Assembly: GCF_006345805.1 (NCBI RefSeq)
Contig: NW_021834633.1
Location: 1-46,446, forward strand
Length of the DNA stretch: 46,446 bases
Direction: 5' to 3'
From: Octopus sinensis
Taxonomy: Eukaryota
Both the position numbers and the translations under genes were made by a program. Numbering within the stretch: position 1 is the stretch's first letter; every line of letters begins with the position of its first letter. Under the pieces are notes generated by a model. It searched no databases. It was not told the DNA's origin and saw only the letters and a program-made list of their open reading frames with translations. Below, one piece after another: positions 1 to 10,985 of the stretch.

Positions 1-160
1 TATTACGAGTACTGATTATACACTGGTATATAGAATTTTTAATCTTAGAGTTACTTGACATAAATTTAATTCTATTGGGATTGACTTCAGATACAATAAC
101 TTGTTATTAATATTCTAGCGGGTTGGATGGTAGTAGCTAAATTAATGTTAGTATTAGTAA
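1..160 (-). mobile_element. Inverted copy of part of the adjacent Penelope-like element (runs off the window edge)
   Basis: The reverse complement of 1-160 matches 635-796 apart from one substitution and two 1-bp indels. Confidence 0.92.
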
Positions 161-163
161 TAT

Positions 164-1040
164 TTTCAATAATAACGCTGAATTCTATAACTCTGCCTTA
201 ATCAAAGCAGGTTATACAGAAAAAATTTTCTACATTGATTCTGCTCAGTCTAATTGTAAATTCAATAATGTAGATAAGATTTCTAGTCGTAAAAGAATTA
301 TGATAACAAACATAACTTACGCACCGATACAAGCGAATGAAGGCAGATAACCCTTATTTATTCCCCTATTACCGATCTAAAAGTAAATATAACACCTTCA
401 AAAGTAATTACGCTATGAATACTAGTAAAAATATTTGGTTAATAATTCCTTACGGGAGACAAATTAAATCTAATCTCCCACTGCTGTTTCGTCAAGCTAT
501 TGCTAGGAATTTTCCAAATAATTCTAGATATTACTCTATAAAATTCACATAAAGTTAGGATAGGTTTTTCAAACACAAAAAATCTCTTGCAAATTATATC
601 TTCTCATAATAACAAACTGTTAAATATTAAACATTTACTAATACTAACATTAATTTAGCTACTACCATCCAACCCTCTAGAAATATTAATAACAAGGTTA
701 TTGTATCTGAAGTCAATCCCAATAGAATTAAATTTATGTCAAGTAACTCTAAGATTAAAAATTCTATATACCAGTGTATAATCAGTACTCGTAATAAAGT
801 ACAATTTTACATTGGAAGCACATCGTTAGAGTTATCTAAGAGAATTTATATCATTACTCAACATTAGGGATAGAAATAAACGGAATAGTACCGGTCTCAG
901 CAAACTGATTTGGAATTAAAAGACCACAATGAACAATTTCATTTGGAATGGTTGATCCTCTCAATTTCGATACCATATGACAAAGGCAAGAAATTCTGTC
1001 TTCTCTGCAATTCTGAGCTATTTTTCATTATTTTTTTTCT
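164..1040 (+). pseudogene. Frameshifted PLE ORF remnant with GIY-YIG endonuclease motif (SIY at 763-771, YIG at 808-816)
   Basis: Motifs were read by hand in several frames, with multiple stops and frameshifts. The supplied ORF 337-552 is one piece of it. Confidence 0.8.
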
Positions 1041-1322
1041 AAAAATACTCTAGTAAACACGGTATAGAACGAGCATACAGATGTAAGCATTGGCAAAAAC
1101 ATACTTTTAGTGCATATAAGTAGTCTCTATCATTATATATAGTTTAGACTTTAATTTCCTTTATATTTAACATTCACTATTAATATCCTACTCTTTCTGT
1201 TAGCTACTTATGACGTTATATCATATAACGCTTTTTTAACAATATTAATAGCGTTCTGTCTATCGCTATACGAATCCATCATTTTTTGCTAAAATGTCGT
1301 ATTGACAAGTTTCGTTTTTTCC

Positions 1323-1407
1323 CTTTCCCGAAGAGAAGATTGCATTGTTTATACCTTTTATTCTTTTGAATAAGTATCAGTGGAATTTTTGAAACATATG
1401 TAGAAAG
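1323..1407 (+). ncRNA. Type I hammerhead ribozyme fold in the PLE 3' region
   Basis: Stem I CTTTC/GAAAG, core CCGAAGA, long stem II (GAAGATT...AATTTTT plus CATTG/CAGTG), GAAA, palindromic stem III ACATATGT and GTA triplet. Position 11.1 is T here (G-U pair). Confidence 0.7.
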
Positions 1408-1443
1408 AAAAAATACTTGTTTAAACCTGCGTTAACTCCATTT

Positions 1444-1450
<7 letters not shown>

Positions 1451-1497
<47 letters not shown>

Positions 1498-1777
1498 ATA
1501 TTATATATATATATATATGTATGTATATATTATATATATAACTGAGAAGCCTACTACAGATCTCTAGCTCCAGGCTCAGCTGTGAACTTGGAACATAACA
1601 AACTACCATTTATAGCACATACACAACGCACTTATTCGTTTAGATCACCAATGAACTAAACCCCATATATATATGGGGTTTAGCTAGAAATCTGTAGTAG
1701 GCTTCTCAGTTATATATATATATTATATATAATATATATATATATATATACGTATATGTAATGTATATGTATATGAA

Positions 1778-1812
<35 letters not shown>

Positions 1813-1836
1813 ATATTTCATATACATATACATTAC

Positions 1837-1888
<52 letters not shown>

Positions 1889-1954
1889 TTATTTATATAT
1901 AAATATATACATACATATATGTATATATATACATATATAACAGAGAGAGAGTAC

Positions 1955-1997
<43 letters not shown>

Positions 1998-2031
1998 AGG
2001 AAAATAGTAAGAAAGAAAGAAGAAAGGAAGG

Positions 2032-2070
<39 letters not shown>
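1451..2070. repeat. Compound microsatellite (TA)n/(TATG)n, (AAAG)n, (AG)n
   Basis: Direct inspection. Confidence 0.95.
1541..1710. repeat. MITE-like or fold-back unit inside (TA)n with 29-bp terminal inverted repeats and an internal 28-bp palindrome
   Basis: 1541-1569 matches the reverse complement of 1682-1710 with one mismatch. 1656-1683 (CTAAACCCCATATATATATGGGGTTTAG) is a perfect palindrome. Confidence 0.85.
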
Positions 2071-2071
<1 letters not shown>

Positions 2072-2799
2072 AATTATTAAAAATGAGAGAAGCTAAGTTT
2101 GAATTGAGACAGAGGGCAAGTCAGCTTTTCACCCATTAAGAATTTCAGGCATACACAATATATTTCGATGTATAAAACCGAAATGTTATGGTTGGATCAA
2201 ACACTCCTAGACACTGAGAAATAAATCTTTTCCAGCTATTGCTTTCACTCTTTGACTTTTTATCCTCCCTATAATCTCTGTCATTAGATGTCGCTATTGT
2301 TTTTCCCGCAATTCCTTGTCTCGGTTTTCCATCTTGTCTCTATTCTTTGATTGCAATGTTTTGCACAATCCATTTTTTAGCCACTTCTTTATTCATAACT
2401 GTTTCTGTTCTTCATCTAGCAACATCCAAATGTTTTTAATTTTCATTTCTGTTCATTTATTTTTGTGTTGTAACTTTTGTTCGTGCGCGCTTGTGTATGT
2501 GTTTATGTGTGTGAAGGTTAGTTGGGATTTATGTGAAGCTTGTTTCTCCATTCCCCTCTTTTTCTCTTTCTTCTATAATCTTTATCATTAACAAATTTTT
2601 CCTCTCCCATTAAATCACTTCGTTCTGTTATTTTACCTTGTTTTCTTCTTCTTACTCCAGTTGTTTAACGTCTACAAATGGTAATTTCAGTTTCAGGAAT
2701 AATGGATTTCATCCTATAAACAGCATCATGAGACATATCGGTAGCACCAAAACGACGCGTGGAGGCACAATAATCCTAATCTCTGCCTTCAGCACTACC

Positions 2800-2972
2800 G
2801 AAGTCATCATTGTTATCACCACCATTAACACGAACAGCACTAACAACAACAACTAAGAGATTACCACCAACAATTACAACCATAGGACGTGTCATCGCCG
2901 CCAACACCATCTTCATCACTACCACCACCTCCTCCATCACCACTAACACTACCGCCACTACTACTACTACTG

Positions 2973-3032
<60 letters not shown>

Positions 3033-3190
3033 TTGTTGCTGCTGCTCTTACTACTGCTGCTACTGCTGTTGCTGCTGCTTCCGTCCTTCACTCCCTCCTC
3101 CTCTATTTACACCTCCTCTACTTACACCTTCTTCTCCTCCTACTCCTCCTGGTCTTTATTATCATCCTCATCGTCAACGTAACCAAATTA
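2800..3190. repeat. Compound trinucleotide repeat (ACC/CTA/GCT/CTC)
   Basis: Direct inspection; explains the poly-T/L/S ORFs. Confidence 0.9.
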
Positions 3191-3226
3191 TGACTATACA
3201 TTTCACTGACCACAATACACACACAC

Positions 3227-3258
<32 letters not shown>

Positions 3259-4130
3259 CATATTGCTTCTTGAACGAAATTACTTATTTCAGAAATCATT
3301 TGGTTTTTGAAGCCAACAAATTTCGGCAACGCATCCTCTGTAATGCATTTCTATATCTGAAGAAGCTCTTTTCCAAGTAGCAGCAGTAGAGTGTATTGGA
3401 AATTGTGTTTCACGCGGGATAAATTCTTAGTATTAAATGTGAAACGCAAGCAATTATTTCCGGTCGAAATCGTACACTGTAGAGTGACTTGAGCTTACAT
3501 TTGTATTATGTTATTTAGTGTGTATGTGGATGTAAACATATTATCAGATCCTACATTGGCATTTAGAATATGCAAAGAATCCTCATCCGAATTTCTATTT
3601 TACGTAATTACGTTATTTGATTAAAGTAATTTCGTACTAGCAGTACGCTTAGGTTACTACAGTACTTAACATCTGTTCGTGACAACATCAGAAAACAGCA
3701 TTTAACGTAAAAATACATTTAACATACAAATCGAAAATCATCTACACACCAACATAAATATTTCTGTAAGAAAATCGATCAAAAACAAAGAATTTAAAAG
3801 ATAAATATGTATCTAAAACACTTGCTTAAGGCAAATGTTTTATTTGGGAAGCCACGCAGTTTTATAAAAGATCGCAAAATAATTATTGAACTACTCAGCA
3901 TAGAAATAAGTATTGAAAGAAATTTACGTTATTTGAGAAGCTAAGATTCAAGTACAACTTTAATTTAAGGAAGAAATATAAATGATTAGCAAAGATTAGG
4001 GTTAGTCATTTAGAATTATTTCCAGTTATTTCATATATACGAATCTGATCCTTCATTAACCAACTCAAAGTCGGTTATATAATTGCATTGGTCAAGGTGA
4101 CTATTGAAGTTTCAACGGCTGAAAGAATAC

Positions 4131-5105
4131 CTATTTCTTTACTATCCACAAGGGGCTAAACACAGAAGGGACAAACAAGGACAGACAAACGGATTAAGTC
4201 GATTATATCGACCCCGGTGCGTAACTGGTACTTATTTAATCGACCCAGAAAGTATGAAAGGCAAAGTCGACCTCGGCGGAATTTGAACTCAGACGAAATA
4301 CCGCTAAGCATTTCGCCCAGCATACTAATGTTTCGTTTCTACTCTAGGCACAAGGCCCGAAATTTGAGAGGAAGGGGCCAGTCGATTAGATCGACCCGGG
4401 TACCCAACTGGTATTAATTTATCGACATCGAAAAGACTACCTCGGCGGCATTTGAACTCAGAACGTAACAGCAGACGAAATACCTATTTTTTTACTACCC
4501 ACAAGGGACTACGCACAGCGTGGACAAACATTGACAGGCAAACGGATTAAGTCGATTATATCGATCCCAGTGCGTAACTGGTACTTATTTAATCGACCCC
4601 GAAAGGATGAAAGGCAAAGTCAACCTCGGCGGAATTTGAACTGAGAACGTAGCGGCAGACGAAATACCGCTAAGCATTTTGCCCGGTGTGCTAAAGTTTC
4701 TTTTTTTCTTTATTGCCCATAAGGGGCTAAACATGAGGGTGACAAACAAGGACAGACAAAGGAGTTAAGTCGATTACATAGACCCAGTGCGTAACTGGTA
4801 CTTAATTTATCGACCCCGAAAGGATGAAAGGCAAAGTCGACCTCGGTGGAATTTGAACTCAGAACGTATTTCTTTACTACCCACAAGTGGCTAAACACAC
4901 AGAGAACAAACAAGGACAGACAAATGGATTAAGTCGATTATATCGACCCCAGTGCGTAACTAGTACTTAATTTATCGACCCCGAAAGGATGAACGGCAAA
5001 GTTTGACCTCGACAGAATTCTGTCGAGGTCAAACTTACGTAACGGCAGACGAAATACGGCCACGCATTTCGCCCGGCGTGCTAACGTTTCTGCCAGCTCG
5101 CCGCC
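4131..5105 (-). mobile_element. Tandem array of five same-orientation Meta-like tRNA-SINE units (4131-4334, 4335-4483, 4484-4700, 4701-4866, 4867-5105)
   Basis: The sense-strand core GCCTTTCATCCTTTCGGGGTCGATAAATTAAGTACCAG recurs and resembles the MetaSINE domain (superfamily assignment from memory). Only the last unit has the complete head GGCGGCGAGCTGGCAG. Confidence 0.85.
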
Positions 5106-5558
5106 TTAGCATATTACGAAAGTAATGCGATACTTCTTTTACGAACACGAAAGTATGCACGTGCTAAATAATTAGTAACTTTAGGTCTGGACAATGACGC
5201 ATTTTAAAGTTTCATACGTAATATTTAGCTGACACAGACGTCAAAGCAAGCGACATGGTATACAAAAGTCCAATGAAAATAATGTATAATTGCATGTGGA
5301 TTATATTACTTTAAATCAATATATCTTTCGATATCTTTGCATATTACTGAAAGAAATAACCAAATACACACATATAGTTCTAGAGAAGTCCTTATACAAG
5401 CTATGATCTCCTTTGACAGGCCCCTAGTATTTAAAATAATATTAACACTGTAGTCATTGTTACTCTCGCTTGAGATTTCTACAGCGTCTACAGTTGTTCT
5501 GACTTCGAAATAATGTCTGTATTTAGAAAGAATTTTTTTCTCCTGTTATAGTATAATT

Positions 5559-5945
5559 GGCGTAGGAGTGGCTATGCGGTAAGTAGCTTCTTTACCAACC
5601 AAATGGTTCTGGGTCAGTTCCACTGGGCAAATGTCTTCTACTATAGCATCGGGCCGAACAAAGCCTTGTGAGTGGATTTGATAGACGGAAACTGAAAGAA
5701 GTCCGTCGTATATAAATATATCTATATATGTATGTGTATATGATTGTGTGTCTGTGTTCGTCCCACCACCAATCATTGCTTGACGACCGGTGTTGGTGCG
5801 TTTACGTCCCCGTAACTTAGTGGTTCGGCAAAAGAGACCGATAGAATAAGTACTAGGCCTACAAAGAATAAGTTCTAGAATATATTTCTTCAACTAAAGG
5901 CATTACTCTAGCATGGCCGCAGTCAAATGACTGAAACGAATAAAA
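5559..5945 (+). mobile_element. CORE-like tRNA-SINE family A (diverged copy)
   Basis: tRNA-like head, internal TA/TG tract and the tail GCATGGCCGCAGTCAAATGACTGAAAC shared with other family-A copies. Confidence 0.85.
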
Positions 5946-6035
5946 AAAATGATACAAGGTCGCCAAGAGTTGTGTCCAGCGATTATGAATCTCTGCATTT
6001 AATATAATTTTTTTAGCTGTAAATTGTCTTATATT

Positions 6036-6372
6036 CTTCTCTACTCTAGGCGCAAGAATTTCAGTGTTTCTTAAGTTATTGATCCCGAAAGGATGAAAGG
6101 CAAATTCGACCTCGGCAGAATTTGAACTCAGAACGAAGCGGCAGAAGAAATACCTAATTTTTAGGGCTAAACACAGAGGGGACAAACAAGGACAGACAAA
6201 CGGATAAAGTCGATTATATCGACCCCAGTGCGTAACTTGTACTTAATTTACCGACCCCGAAAGAATGAAAGGCAAAGTCGACCTCGGCGGAATTTGAACT
6301 CAGAACGTAACGGCAGACGAAATACTGCTAAACATCTCGCCCGGCGTGCTAACGTTTCTGCCAGCTCGCTGC
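6036..6372 (-). mobile_element. Two fused Meta-like SINE units (junction at 6153/6154)
   Basis: Same family as 4131-5105. The junction falls at GAAATAC, the same site as 4483/4484. Confidence 0.85.
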
Positions 6373-6709
6373 GTTTCTATTCTCTTATATTAGAAAGTGT
6401 GTGGTAGACGACATTCATGTACTGTATTGATGGAACATTGATTGGTGAGAGTGAAATGACTCGGATCATTGGTCACAATGCTGCGGCGGGAACAGGTTCT
6501 CGGTTCATCTTTATGGGGTAAGATGGCTGATATATTTGTACAGAAGACTCGAGGGATGCAGACTAATGATGAATAGCTCTCTGTGGAGGAGATTGTAAAT
6601 ATACCTTGTGAATGTAAATGAGGTTATGCAAATGAGCCACATCGAAATCTCTCTGAGTTAGAAAATACTTCGTGTGTGTGATTAGCTGGGGATATCATGA
6701 TAATCGCAC

Positions 6710-6800
6710 CACCAACATCACCACCACCATAACCACGACCACGACCACGACCACCACCACTACCAACGCCATCACCACCACGACCAACACCACCACTGCC

Positions 6801-6837
<37 letters not shown>
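6710..6837. repeat. (ACC/ACG)n followed by (TA)n
   Basis: Direct inspection. Confidence 0.9.
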
Positions 6838-6839
<2 letters not shown>

Positions 6840-6840
<1 letters not shown>

Positions 6841-6960
6841 CTGCTCGCTTAGCCAGTGGGGTGGCGTCATTCGAAGGCTAAAACAATGCGAACGCATTGT
6901 GACCAGCGATGTGTAACAACATCTGATGGTCTGGTCGTTCACGTGATCAGTCACGTGATA
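6840..6960 (+). mobile_element. 3' fragment of SINE family C (tail type 1)
   Basis: Near-identical to the tail of 14226-14518 (CCTGCTCGCTTAGCCAG...CACGTGATA). Confidence 0.85.
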
Positions 6961-7207
6961 TATATATCTATATATCTATATATATATATATATACATATA
7001 TAACTCAGTATATGTGTACATACTTATGTAAGAGTGAATGTTTACGAAAGCTTTCACACACGCTGTATTGTTGAAAGATTGAATTGTTTCTCGTTTCGTT
7101 TCTAGAGATATCTAAATGAAACAAAAATAATCCTCAAGGAACATTAGTCCGTGAACGTTCGTGCTGAAATGTATTCAGAATAGTTATCATATTTGTGTTT
7201 CCTTTAA

Positions 7208-7488
7208 AAACCTGGGCCCGGTTTTCCGGTTTCTGTGGCGTATGTGTTCCCCCCATCTGGACGGGACGCCAGTCCATCGCAGCGTCACTCAAGAAACAGG
7301 AATAGACTGTGAGAGAAAGTTGTGGCAAAAGAGTACTACCGGGGCCACCAACACCCCCTGCCGGATCTCTGTGGAGCTTTTAGGTGTTTTCCCTCAATAA
7401 ACACTAACAACGCTCGGTCTGGGAATCGAAACCACGATCCTCCGACTACGAGTCTGCTGCCCTAACCACTGGGCCATTGCGCCTCCGC
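7208..7488 (-). mobile_element. SINE family C head with tail type 2, 12-bp target-site duplication
   Basis: The head matches 14226 and 33436; the tail resembles 35280-35345. TGTTTCCTTTAA occurs at 7196-7207 and 7489-7500. Confidence 0.85.
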
Positions 7489-8230
7489 TGTTTCCTTTAA
7501 CCCCACCACCCACCCACCTAAATCAGTTTTGTAACCGGCGCCTCTTCTCTTTCGATTGCTACGCAGTGATAAAGTTATCAATCTGCTGGATGTTAATATT
7601 CTATTGCGTTTCCACTTTGGTAGATTTTGAGAACAGCGATGCATATATCGTTAATGTAATCATGACTTGTCATTCTTACATACGATTATTTCAGACATCT
7701 AAAACGCTTTAAGTAAAACGTATTTGTTACGGATGCAGCGACGTAAAGCTCACACGTTCTAACTCAATAATCGTTTGACCAGTAATGAAGTTGTTTATTG
7801 ATTTGACCACCTTCTACTTACACATAAATGTAAAAACCTCTTGACCTAAACAGTTATCACTTTATAGATTTTTCATAACACTTCAAACGTTTAGTAAGTA
7901 AAAGATAATGGATCCAATCAAAACTGAAAAGATAACCCCGAAGGATTCAGTTTAATGGGGAGAAACAAAAAAACATGAAACAAGTTATCATGTGTACTTC
8001 TGTGTGTGAGTATGTGTGTGTAGGGGCAGGGGGCGATAGGCAATATCTAAGGGTTAGATTATCTTGTCACTTTAACATAACTGCAGGTTATTTGCCAAAA
8101 TTGAACTGTTACGAGATTCAGTGCTCGGGAAATTGGATGAAGGAGAAACACGAATGTATTTAACAGAAAAGATGTTTCGACCGAAAGATTTGTTGTTTTC
8201 TGCCTTCTGGAAAAACCCAAGTATTCCCCC

Positions 8231-8232
8231 AT

Positions 8233-8265
<33 letters not shown>

Positions 8266-8289
8266 TATATTATATATATATATATATAT

Positions 8290-8324
<35 letters not shown>

Positions 8325-8729
8325 GTATATATGTATATATATACTATATATATATATATGTATATATATATACATATATATGTATATATATATATGATAT
8401 ATATATATGTGTATATATATCTATATCAATATATATGTATATATATATACATATACATATATATATATACATATACATATATATATATACATACATACAT
8501 ATATATATATGCATATACATATATACATACATACATATATATATATACATACATATACATATATATATACATATATATACACATACATATACATACATAT
8601 ATATATATATACATACATATACATATATATATATATACATACATATGTATATACATACATATATATATATACATATATATGTATATACATACATATATAT
8701 ATACATACATATATACATACATACATACA

Positions 8730-8789
<60 letters not shown>

Positions 8790-8908
8790 TATATACATGT
8801 GTGTGTGTGTAAATGTAAATGTGTACGCATTTGCATTTATATATATATATTTACACACACACACACACACACACGCACACACACACACATATATATATAT
8901 AGAGAGAG

Positions 8909-8951
<43 letters not shown>

Positions 8952-9016
8952 CAGGGAGACAAAGAGAGAGACAGAGAGAGAGACAGGGAGACAAAGAGAG
9001 AGACAGAGAGAGGGAG
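8231..9016. repeat. Large compound microsatellite (CATA/TA/CATATA/CA/GATA/GA)
   Basis: Direct inspection; source of the YI/HT-rich ORFs. Confidence 0.95.
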
Positions 9017-9017
9017 A

Positions 9018-9287
9018 CAAAGTGAGTTAGAAAATGTGTACGGATTAAATTTGACAGTGAACAAATACAATATTCCATCCAAAAAGATTATGTCTGGAAT
9101 AGAACCGTTAAGATGCTTCCTCCGCGGCTTCAGGACGGCTCCGGATTCTGTAGCATGCGTTCTTCAATGTCTCTGGAAAGGTGTTTGAACACCCGCTTCA
9201 CTTTGGTCACAAGCTCGGCCTTGCTGTTGGTGGCAGAGCGGTTAGTGTCTTTCTCAACATAAAGTAATTACCATAGGATTAAAATCG
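9018..9287 (-). mobile_element. Tc1-like transposon 3' end (transposase C-terminus and probable TIR)
   Basis: The minus strand reads DFNPM...VEKDTNRSATNSKAELVTKVKRVFKHL / KNACYRIRSRPEAAEEA, resembling the Tc1-family C-terminus after SPDLNP. A TIR-like CAAAGTGAGTTAGAAAA starts at 9018. Confidence 0.7.
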
Positions 9288-9371
9288 TTCCGTGTGTTTG
9301 TGTGTGAGAGAGTGTACTCACTTGTTTTTTCAATGTATTTACACAAAAAGCAGAGTAAAAACAAGTACATT

Positions 9372-9525
9372 GTTTTTTTCTATATAGTCTATTTCCTTCT
9401 CGATGCACTTGGTCCAGTGGTCTACGAGTTTACCTATTCCCTCAAAGAAGAAGGGTTTTGGTTGCTCGTGCAACGATTTAAGCACTGCTTCTTTCACGTC
9501 TTCTTCCGTAGGAAATCGACGTAAT
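9372..9525 (-). pseudogene. Mariner transposase C-terminal fragment
   Basis: RRFPTEEDVKEAVLKSLHEQPKPFFFEGIGKLVDHWTKCIEKEIDYIEK matches the mariner C-terminal pattern (F..GI.KL..RW.KC...GDY.E). Confidence 0.85.
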
Positions 9526-9724
9526 GCTAAACGAACTAGAACCACTATGTTCCAAGTGTATCCCTGACGGTACGTCCCAGAGCATATTCAAAATGTATTT
9601 GGACATAAAACGTAAACTATGTGCAATTTTATCTCATCGTACCCCTCACATACCTTTCTAACCCCATATTTTATGTAATGCCCAACGCCTCCTGAGGCAA
9701 ATTAATATAAAATTAATATAAAAC

Positions 9725-9799
9725 ATTATTATTATTATTGGTGATACTGGTGGCACTGGTGCTTGTAGTTATAGTGGTAGTAGCAGTAGCAGCAGCAGC

Positions 9800-9831
<32 letters not shown>

Positions 9832-9865
9832 CAGCAGCAGCAGTAGCATTAGTAATGGTAATAAT
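9725..9865. repeat. (TAT)/(GTA)/(GCA) trinucleotide mosaic
   Basis: Direct inspection. Confidence 0.85.
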
Positions 9866-10534
9866 AGTTGTAAATAATTCTTTGGGGGGGGGGGATTTTT
9901 TTGTAATTGAAATTGAAACCTAATTTTGTTGGCAATACCTGAATGAAGCGACGCTAATTAAATAATTGTTACTTTTCTGTATTCAGAACTTCCGACAATA
10001 TTTGTTTTTCTTCAACAACATCTCCAGTCCAACCTGCACCAGCATCACTACGAGTGGTGAGAGACAAAGCAACAACAGTTTTACCAAGACGACTACGACG
10101 GCGGCGACAACCACCACCACCACCATCACAACCAACCCGACAGCATTAGCCCTCTCTTAAACATCAGCCATAATGTTATCTATGAACAATCTGCAATTCA
10201 TTTCTCTTCTGTTTGTTACGTAATAAATTTCGCATATTTTAATTATGTTTTATTTCCTCTTTAATTTATTTAGAGATTTCGCTATTCGTTTTCGTTTTAT
10301 TGTGACTAGCAGCAAGCGAGAAGATGGTCGGCAGCAATCCTGAAACAAATCTTATTGCTTTTATCATATCGGAATATCATTGCGCAGTTTTGTTGTTTAA
10401 AGTTGTTCTTTCTTATTGATAGTAGCTATTCGATGGCCTGATATCGATTGAATGTTTTGCTTGCTTTTCTGTCAGGGTTACATTCCTCAAGAGTCAATAT
10501 CGAAATAGACAATAAAGTAATACACGTACGCAAA

Positions 10535-10566
10535 CACACACACACACACGCACACGCACGTGTATT

Positions 10567-10600
<34 letters not shown>

Positions 10601-10719
10601 ATATATATGTCTATACTAATACGTATACACCGATATATCTTTTCTATAGTTATCTACCTGTTTTATGTATGTATATAGATGCATATACATATACATATAT
10701 ATATATATATAGGTATATA

Positions 10720-10774
<55 letters not shown>

Positions 10775-10948
10775 GTGTGTGTGTTGTGTGTGTGTGCATG
10801 TATGCGTATGCGTGAGTGTATATTACATCTATGCATATATATATATATATGTCTTTATATACATATGTATATATATATATATATATATACTTACACACAG
10901 ACACAACACACATACACACCACACACACACACACACACACACACATAT

Positions 10949-10979
<31 letters not shown>

Positions 10980-10985
10980 TATGTA
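10535..10985. repeat. Compound (CA)/(TA)/(TG) microsatellite
   Basis: Direct inspection. Confidence 0.9.

Larger units (their letters stand above)
163..1450 (+). mobile_element. 5'-truncated Penelope-like retroelement (RT C-terminal region, GIY-YIG endonuclease, 3' pseudo-LTR)
   Basis: Manual translation across frameshifts gives FNNNAEFYNSALIKAGYTEKIFYI, KNIWLIIPY...RNFP, KVRIGFSNTKNLLQIISSHNNKLL, NSIYQC...FYIGST and LSKLIW...PYDKGKKFCLLCNSE. These resemble motifs of endonuclease-containing PLEs. The 3' part carries a hammerhead fold and ends on (TA)n. Confidence 0.85.

Noticed and set aside
2640-2690. Possible 20-bp microexon (CCAG|...|GTAATT)
   Set aside because: Such signals occur by chance often in AT-rich DNA, and there is no supporting context.
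2776-3193. Poly-T/S/L ORFs, also at 9738, 12585-13154 and 15446-15815
   Set aside because: Trinucleotide and purine-tract artefacts with no splice or domain support.
3350-3490. CTGAAGA...GAAA motif on the plus strand
   Set aside because: Stems I and III and the cleavage triplet cannot be formed.
4104-5105. Regularly recurring repeats resembling a CRISPR array
   Set aside because: Units are about 150-240-bp SINE bodies, there are no unique spacers or cas genes, and the context is eukaryotic.
8160-8215. Minus-strand CGAAAC next to a microsatellite, suggesting another hammerhead
   Set aside because: No intact core or cleavage triplet, and the TA tract is on the 5' side.
8121-9082. Long ORFs (up to 265 aa) rich in YI/HT/CV, with similar ones at 10650, 12174, 38000, 43546 and 44003
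   Set aside because: They are translations of TA/CA/CATA microsatellites, which lack stops in some frames.
10720-10800. Recurring phase shifts in dinucleotide tracts (TGTGGTGT, TATTATA) as a possible code
   Set aside because: Best explained by single-base indels from slippage or long-read sequencing error.
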